DNA of 63,981 bases, filler included, from Olpidium bornovanus S191 (taxonomy: Eukaryota; Fungi; Olpidiomycota), in the NCBI GenBank assembly GCA_017911155.1. It is 32 parts of 32 records of this genome, joined end to end, with 100 filler letters (N's around TTAATTAATTAA, not from the genome) between each part and the next. Parts side by side here need not be neighbours in the genome. Positions count along the whole stretch, not along the records: positions 56,880 to 58,252 come from JAEFCI010007986.1; positions 58,353 to 60,950 come from JAEFCI010009307.1; positions 61,051 to 62,279 come from JAEFCI010011886.1; positions 62,380 to 63,981 come from JAEFCI010001126.1; 28 more parts are not named here. One strand, given 5' to 3'. A program made the position numbers and the translations under genes. Under the pieces are notes generated by a model that saw only the letters and a list, made by a program, of their open reading frames with translations, ran no database searches and was not told the origin of the DNA. Positions 57,231-63,981 of this stretch are shown here, one piece after another. The first letter of the stretch is position 1. The number at the start of each line of letters is the position of its first letter.

Positions 57231-57648
57231 CCGCGCGCCGTCCGCCCGCGCGCCGTCCGCCCGCGCGCCGTCCGCCCGCGCGCCGCCTGCCCGCCCGCTC
57301 GCCCGCGCGCCACCGGCTCTGCCATCCGTCCCGCCGCGCAGCCTTCCGTGCCTTCCGCCACGGCGTCGTCGCCCGCGCGCCGCCCGTCCACCCGCTCGCC
57401 CGCGCGCCGCTCGTCCACCCGCTCGCCCGCTGCCCGCCGCGCTCTCCCGAAAATAAGCTCACACCGCCCTCCGCCGTGCCGCCCTCCGCCGTGCCGCCCT
57501 CCGCCGCGCAGCCGCTACGCCATCCGGCAGCATTCCGCCGCGCCGCCGCCGCCCTCCGGTGCACGCCCGCCGTCGCGCCTGCCGTCGCGCCCGCGGTAAG
57601 TGTCGCCCGCTGCCCGCCGCGCTCTCCCGAGAATAAGCTCACACCGCC
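57231..57648. repeat. GC-rich repeat block: 15-mer CCGCGCGCCGTCCGC x4 (57231-57290) and a 46-bp direct repeat at 57423 and 57603 (180-bp spacing)
   Basis: TCGCCCGCTGCCCGCCGCGCTCTCCCGA(A/G)AATAAGCTCACACCGCC occurs twice. Confidence 0.85.
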
Positions 57649-57719
57649 TTTCGCCGCGCCGCCCTCCGTCGCGCCGCGCCTTTTCGATTTACTGTTGCGA
57701 TCCATCGGTCACAGCTACC

Positions 57720-57872
57720 ATGGTAGACGGCATTGTCCTCATGGGATACTTGCTAATAGCCTTCGGAATTCCTGTTTTAGCTGTAGCTGCATTTGCGGCC
57801 ATTATATGTGTAGACGAAATCGAGTACAGACTCGAAACTCGTAGACTTAAGAAGCAAAGCAGCAATGCTTAG
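57720..57872 (+). CDS. Small single-TM ORF, 50 aa
   Basis: ACCATGG context; MVDGIVLMGYLLIAFGIPVLAVAAFAAIICVDEIEYRLETRRLKKQSSNA*. Confidence 0.35.
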   Translation: MVDGIVLMGYLLIAFGIPVLAVAAFAAIICVDEIEYRLETRRLKKQSSNA

Positions 57873-57997
57873 TCAAGCTGGGCTGTGCCCACTGTCATTC
57901 AACCAGCAGATGATTGCGTGCGCACCAGTGCATGTACTCTAGCTGAGAATGTATTAAAACTTTACGTTAAGCACCCTCCAGTACGCAGTAGTACAGA

Positions 57998-58177
57998 ATG
58001 AAGGCACAGCTGCTCTTTGCATTGCTCGGCCTTGCGTTAGTAAACGCGGGCAATACAAACAGCAACGGTGTAAGAACGGGAATAGCGGGTGGTGGACCAC
58101 GAGTTTGCAACGGAACACCCATTAGACTGCACATGGCGCTCAGCTGCCACACTCGCTGCCGCCGCCCAGGGCGCTAA
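57998..58177 (+). CDS. Small secreted peptide ORF, 59 aa
   Basis: Signal peptide MKAQLLFALLGLALVNA, then a Gly/Asn-rich mature part with 3 Cys; TAA at 58175-58177. Confidence 0.4.
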   Translation: MKAQLLFALLGLALVNAGNTNSNGVRTGIAGGGPRVCNGTPIRLHMALSCHTRCRRPGR

Positions 58178-58179
58178 TG

Positions 58180-58252
58180 CCGTTCCCGTCGCGCCCCGCC
58201 CCGCGTGTACCCATTGCGGTCGCGTGGGACACACCGCCGACCGGTGCTACCA
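58180..58252 (+). mobile_element. Retroelement gag CCHC zinc knuckle fragment
   Basis: RPACTHCGRVGHTADRCY (C-X2-C-X4-H-X4-C) at the contig end. Confidence 0.7.
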
Positions 58253-59153
58253 NNNNNNNNNNNNNNNNNNNNNNNNNNNNNNNNNNNNNNNNNNNNTTAA
58301 TTAATTAANNNNNNNNNNNNNNNNNNNNNNNNNNNNNNNNNNNNNNNNNNNNCATGCTCAAGCAGAGGATTCGGGAACAACGCGAGGCGGATGAGAACGC
58401 GAAGGCGTAGATTCGTCTTTTGCGATCTGATGCCTGAAGCAGGGATGGCGAACGTAAGCGGCGAACGCGTGGGAAGAAGTGAGCGGATGCCCTTCTCCCC
58501 CTTCCCCGTCCGCTTGAGCGCTCTTGTGGCTGTAACATAAAATAGATATCCGCCTCGTTTGTTTTGAACATAGACAAATAGTGGAATATGCAAAAAGAGC
58601 AAAGTACAAACGTGCAAAAGACGTCAGCTGAATGTCGGGGGCGGGGGAGGTGGTGACTTTGTGTGCAGGTTCTGTTGACAACCGTAGATCCCGCCGCTCT
58701 TCCCCACTCTCCCGGACTCCCGTCCCTCCCTCTTCCCGGGTTTGGCGGCCCCCTGAATCTACGCCGTGACGTTGGACGCGTTGACACCTCACGGAATCCT
58801 GTGCGAGTTAGCTGTCTGCGGCTTGTTGGGACGAGGGGCATCGGCTGTTTCCGCAAAAAGTGGGGTTGGGGGGAGATTGTCCAAGTTGACTTCGACTCAT
58901 TTTTATCCGAAACACCGGCCCAGCAAAGGTCGCCGCCGCGCAAAGAACAGCAGCCGGCCGGCCGCCCGGGTCTGGCTGCTGCCGCCTGCCGCCGCTGGCG
59001 TCGCCGCTGCCTGCCACCGACGCCTGTCGTTGCTGCTGGTTCGCCGTGCCTGGCGCGCAACCCTCCGTTGAGTCGACCCCCGCCCCGGCGTCCGCCGACC
59101 CCACATCTCGCCAGCCACCCCGGCACCCTTCACAAAAAGGGGAGAAAAAAGGC

Positions 59154-60950
59154 ATGGTCCGCGAGGCCGCGCTGCTACGAGCCGCGCCGGACGGCGGGAA
59201 CGGCGGCGGAGGCACGGAGCAGGGCCCGCGGAACGGTTCGCCCGGCCGACGACGGAGCAGCGGCGGCGGCGGCAATCCGCTTGCTGTCGCGGCGGGGCGC
59301 GAAACCGATCCCGGCGGCGCCTCCGCCGCCCGGCCGGGCCCGCCCGCGCGTGCCGGCGAGGAGCCGCCGCCGGCCGCGGCGCTTTCCGCGCTTCCGCCCG
59401 GCGGCCGCCGCTCGGGGCCGGCGAGCGCGCGGGCGCCGTCGCCGCCGTTCCAGACGACGCCGGCGCTGCCCACGACCGCGGTATCGGAAGCCCACGCGGT
59501 GCCGGCCGCTGATTCATTTCGGCCGCTGGCGGCCGGACGCCTCCAGGTCACGGTGGTCGACCTGACCACGACGAAGCCGCTGCGGCGGCCGTACGTCAAG
59601 CTCACATTCGGCGGTGAGCACCCCCCCCCCCCCTTTCCACCTTTCCCCCCACCACCGCATCCAATTTATCTGCCCGGCCCCGGCGAACGCCTGAACCCCC
59701 TCCCTCCCCGCGGCCGCGATCTTCCCGTTTCAGATCACGTGTACCGAACGTCCGTGTCCGACTCGCCAACCGGGGACTGGAAAGAAGGATTTGAGTTCCG
59801 CGTCGGATACCACGAGCAGCTTTTCGGGACGTGCCAAGTGGGTTTACAGAGAAAACGAAAGAAGAAAAGAGAAAAAGAAACGAGAAAAAGAAACGAGAAA
59901 AAGAAGATAAAAAAGGGAATCGGCAGTTTTGCCCGCTAAGGCGAGCCCCCCCGTTGCCGTTTGTCCGATCCCCCGCAGTTGGACGTTTTCGATTCGGGGT
60001 TGTTGCTGGACTCGCACGTTGGCCGCGCGGAACTTGTTTTGGCTCTGCTGGAAAACGTTCCGCAGATTTTCACAAAGTACGATATTCGCAGCGTGGGCGT
60101 AAGAACGCAAGAAAAGCTCGCGCTGGACTTCGCTGCCCTGCTGACAGCAGTCCGAATTTTGCTGCCCAATCGGCCGTTAACAGCTACTACGAACTGTGGG
60201 ACAAGCAGCACAGTTTGGCCAACCTCTCCGAGGTCGGCCGCCGGAAGGTGTACTCATCAAACATCGGGGCTATCAGGGTCAAGATAGCTTACTCGTTTCA
60301 GCGCGGGACGAGCATGCCCAACATCAAGCGCAAGTATACTTGTCAGCCGGATGATTCGGTGCCCATATGCCCCGCGCCAGAGGACGACGAAGCGAGAGGG
60401 CAGATTACAGGAGGGGACCCGGTGACAAGGGAACGATTAGTGCAGGAAACCTCTAACGACGGGGCAAGCCCGATTGCGTCGACGGCCTCCGACGGGACCC
60501 CCGGGGAAAGTCCGCGGCCGTTCGTGCCGGCTGCCGAGCGTCAGCGGGAGCTGTTCGAGCGTGACACGATTTGGGGCGAAGAGGCCTACGGTGGACCGGC
60601 CCCGGAAAAGGACGAGAACAGAACATCGACCCTGGTGGAAGGCGAAAGTGGGTCTTCAGAGACGACGGCCACTCCGTTTAAGTCGACGGCAGAGCTTGCG
60701 AAGCAGGCGGGGATTGGCCGGCAGTCGCGGGAATCCCGATGGCCAAACCTATCGGACACCTGGCTGCTGCGTGCTCTATCAAGGAAGGGAGCCGTGACCC
60801 GGGCAGCGCCGGACGATGCTGCACCGCAGCATGAGCCCGTGCGGTACTTCGACAGGCCAGGCGGTAATGACGACATCCTCCTGGACGATGACTCGGAGTC
60901 GGGCGACGACGAGCGCGAAGCAGATTTATCATTGACATCCGTGGATGGCG
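59154..60950 (+). CDS. C2-domain protein (3'-partial, 4 exons)
   Basis: Spliced GRLQVTVVDL...PYVKLTFG|DHVYRTSVS...WKEGFEF...CQ|LDVFDS...HVGRAEL...IFT|NYYELW...GAIRVKIAY has the C2 beta-sandwich pattern; GT-AG introns. Confidence 0.8.
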
Positions 60951-61050
60951 NNNNNNNNNNNNNNNNNNNNNNNNNNNNNNNNNNNNNNNNNNNNTTAATT
61001 AATTAANNNNNNNNNNNNNNNNNNNNNNNNNNNNNNNNNNNNNNNNNNNN

Positions 61051-61106
<56 letters not shown>

Positions 61107-61108
61107 GG

Positions 61109-61145
<37 letters not shown>

Positions 61146-61198
61146 AAAAAAAGAAGAGCGGATATATATTCCCAAAAAAAAAAAAAAAAAAGGATTTG

Positions 61199-61613
61199 TC
61201 AGTGCGGCAGGAGGTGCACGTCGATGTCAAGGTCGTCTTCCTCCGATGACGACGACCGCCGGCGCGCTTCGTTCCGGTCCTCCGCCGGCGGCGGCGGCGG
61301 CGGATGCGGCGCGACGACCTCGCGCGGCGGCGCAATTATGATGTTGGCGTGTTCCGCGGTCCGGAGGTTGACCGCCCGCTTCAGGCGGATGGTGCGGCCG
61401 AACTCGGTGAGCGAGAGGTGGGCGGCGCCGTCGGGGCCGACGGCGAGCTCGTCCGGGGGCCCCTCCGCCAGCGGGGCTGATGACAGCGCGGGCCGGACCT
61501 GTTCCGGCGGGCCCGGGTGGCACCGGCCGGCCGTGCCGCCGCCCCGCCGCGACCCTTGCCTGCGGAACGGCGACGGGAAGAGCCGCCTCGTGGACCCGTC
61601 CGCCTCCGCCTCC

Positions 61614-61648
<35 letters not shown>

Positions 61649-62247
61649 GTCGAGGGTTTCGGGCCGCAGCGAGATCTCCGAGACCACGTCCTGGATCATC
61701 TTGAGCGGATTGGCCCGCAGCTCCGACGCGCTCAGCGTCACGGCGGCCTGGTCCGTCTCGGCCAGCGCCGCGCGCGAGTCCTGCTCCCGCTTCGACACCT
61801 GCAGCAGGTACACCCCCGAGCAGATCACGAAGAAGCCCAGCAGGCCCGTGGCGACGGACGCGGCCGGGGCGTCGTAGCCCCGCGCGAAGATCGACGTCGA
61901 CGCGATGGTCGCGGTCGTGAACGTCACGTAGTACACCGGCGTCACGATGGCCGCGTTGAACTTGCCGAGCGCCCGATTCAGGTACACCAGCTCGGTCACG
62001 AGCGTGGCGGCCATGAACGCGAGCACGAACCAAAAGAACCAGTGGTTGATCTGGGTGCGCTGGGGGTCGCTGATCGACAGGACGACGGCCGGCCCGACGC
62101 CCTGCGTCGCCACGATCGAGAGGGAGCCCGTCAACGAGCAGATGCCAATGTACCGCATCATGTTGTTTCGCCCTTCGTGGGACCTTCGCGCGACGACGGC
62201 CAGGAACGTCGAGATCAACAGCAGCAGTGCTGTCCACCCCAAAAAGA
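61199..62247 (-). CDS. NIPA-family magnesium transporter, C-terminal part (5'-partial)
   Basis: YIGICSLTGSLSIVATQGVG, ELVYLNRALGKFNAAIVTPVYYVTFTTATI, GLLGFFVICSGVYLLQVSK. Confidence 0.92.
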
Positions 62248-62380
62248 CTGGGGGGTTTTTTTTTAATTTTTTTTTTTTGNNNNNNNNNNNNNNNNNNNNN
62301 NNNNNNNNNNNNNNNNNNNNNNNTTAATTAATTAANNNNNNNNNNNNNNNNNNNNNNNNNNNNNNNNNNNNNNNNNNNNC

Positions 62381-63751
62381 AAGAAAGCGGCCACTGCCGA
62401 GGAAGGCGAGCGCCTCCGCGCGCTGTCCCGAACAGGTCTGGTCGTCGCGTGCATCGCCGGCCGCGAGCTCAGGGAGGCCCGCGAGATCCTCACCTCCATG
62501 ACTCAAAAGGAGAACCTCGTGCCACCCGAAGTGAACTTGTACGCCGAGTACCTAGCGCACCAGCAGGCCGAGGATGATTTCTCCGCGGCCAAGGCCGTGC
62601 ACGATGAGGTGCGCAGCCTCGGCCTGAAGCCGAGCTACTTCCTGTGCAACGTCATCATGAACAAGTACGCCAAAGCGCGCAAGCCCGACATGGTTCTGCA
62701 GGTAATCCGCGAAATGCGCGAGCACAGGATCAAGCCCACGGAGATCACGTACGGCACCGCCCTCAACGCTGCGATACGGATCAACAACGAGCGCCTCGCG
62801 GCGTTCATCTTTCACGAGGCGCACCTGCACGGCTTCCGCAAGAACGTGCCCCTGTACAACATGATGATGCAGTACTACGTCGAGGTGTTTAAGAACCGCG
62901 CGCAGGTGGAGAAGATCTGGAGGATGATGACGGGCGCCAGTGATCCCGACCACATGTCGTACGCCCACCTGCTCTTTGCGCGGGCGTGCCTGCTGCCGGT
63001 GGACCTGCCCGGGGCGGTCCGGCTGTTCGAGCGAATAAAGAGTCCCAACGGCCTGCACTACGCGGCGATCATCTGCGGGTACGCCTACCGCCGGCGGGAC
63101 TTCGCGACGGCCGAGGCGTGGCTCGACCGCATGAGCCGGCAGCGGGACGTCGCCGGTCCGGACGCTGTCGTCGACAAGTACTGGCAGGCCTACGAGGCGC
63201 TCATCAGCTCGTACTGCGCCCACTGGGACGTCGAGGGGGCCCTGCGGGTGCGCCAGAAAATGCTGGACGACGTGGGGTCGGACGAGCACATCAACCACGC
63301 CACCGCCAGCATCCTCCGCGGGTGCGCCTACCGCGTCGCCCTGGCCAAGGAGGGCGAGAATGTCGACCGGTACGTGAGCTTGGCGGAGGCGCTGTTCAGC
63401 AGCACGCCGATAGAGGCGCCGGCGGCGGAGGGCGCCGGGGCGGCGGCGGCGGGGCGTGGGGGCCCCGAAGCGCCGTCCGCCCACCGCCGCCACCACCACC
63501 ACCACAACCGCGCCCTCGGCAACGTCCGGGTCCCGAGCCTGTACGTCGCGATGATCTCGGTCTACCTCCTGGCCGGCCTCCGGGACGCCGCCGACGCGGT
63601 GTACAGGGAGATGTCCGGCGCCCACAGCTATCCGGCCCGCGTCCTCCGCGAGGCGAAGGAGCTGCTCCTCAATTCCCGGGAACGCACCTTCGTCCTGAGC
63701 TCCGTCGTCCGGAGGCTCATGGGGTTCCCGGTATTCCGGTTCGTGGAGTGA
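62381..63751 (+). CDS. Pentatricopeptide-repeat protein, probably mitochondrial (5'-partial)
   Basis: Frame open from the contig start with tandem 35-aa PPR motifs (P...CNVIMNKYAK, PTEITYGTALNA, NVPLYNMMMQYY, PDHMSYAHLL, PNGLHYAAIICGY); TGA at 63749-63751. Confidence 0.9.
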   Translation, partial: KKAATAEEGERLRALSRTGLVVACIAGRELREAREILTSMTQKENLVPPEVNLYAEYLAHQQAEDDFSAAKAVHDEVRSLGLKPSYFLCNVIMNKYAKARKPDMVLQVIREMREHRIKPTEITYGTALNAAIRINNERLAAFIFHEAHLHGFRKNVPLYNMMMQYYVEVFKNRAQVEKIWRMMTGASDPDHMSYAHLLFARACLLPVDLPGAVRLFERIKSPNGLHYAAIICGYAYRRRDFATAEAWLDRMSRQRDVAGPDAVVDKYWQAYEALISSYCAHWDVEGALRVRQKMLDDVGSDEHINHATASILRGCAYRVALAKEGENVDRYVSLAEALFSSTPIEAPAAEGAGAAAAGRGGPEAPSAHRRHHHHHNRALGNVRVPSLYVAMISVYLLAGLRDAADAVYREMSGAHSYPARVLREAKELLLNSRERTFVLSSVVRRLMGFPVFRFVE

Positions 63752-63775
63752 AAAAAGTTAAAGCTGGAGAAGAAG

Positions 63776-63813
<38 letters not shown>

Positions 63814-63823
63814 AAAAAGGGGG

Positions 63824-63868
<45 letters not shown>

Positions 63869-63981
63869 AAGAAGAGGAGGAAAAAAAGAAAATAAAATAA
63901 AATTGAGAGCTGGAATTAGGGGTGGCCTGGGGAAAAAAAAAGAAAAGGAAAAAAAAAAAAAAAAAAACAAAAAAGGAGAGA

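Overview
This window is not contiguous genome. It is an artificial concatenation of 32 short contigs (about 1-3.6 kb) joined by 31 identical 100-nt spacers (44 N + TTAATTAATTAA + 44 N; the 12-mer puts stops in all six frames), so adjacency across spacers has no biological meaning. The DNA is from a GC-rich, intron-containing fungus: PHO88/SND3, LYS9, PRM1, chitin deacetylase, CBM18 protein, AVT3/4-type transporter and AA5 oxidase are present. It also carries a CFAP97-domain axonemal gene and an RFX factor, which points to a zoosporic fungus. An Olpidium-like organism is my unverified guess. Most genes are partial. Ty1/copia and Ty3/gypsy relics and minisatellites are frequent. The most interesting signals are: (1) a tRNA-like head followed by a three-hairpin RNA and a T-tract (candidate Pol III ncRNA or SINE); (2) a truncated phage-type Dam-like N6-adenine methyltransferase; (3) an AT-rich, virus-like pair of divergent ORFs; (4) two Ty5/Hemivirus-type half-tRNA(iMet) primer sites, one behind a possible 70-bp LTR; (5) a carnitine acyltransferase pseudogene; (6) two GC-AG introns; (7) several small secreted effector-like ORFs. 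All family assignments come from motif recognition by eye; no searches were run.
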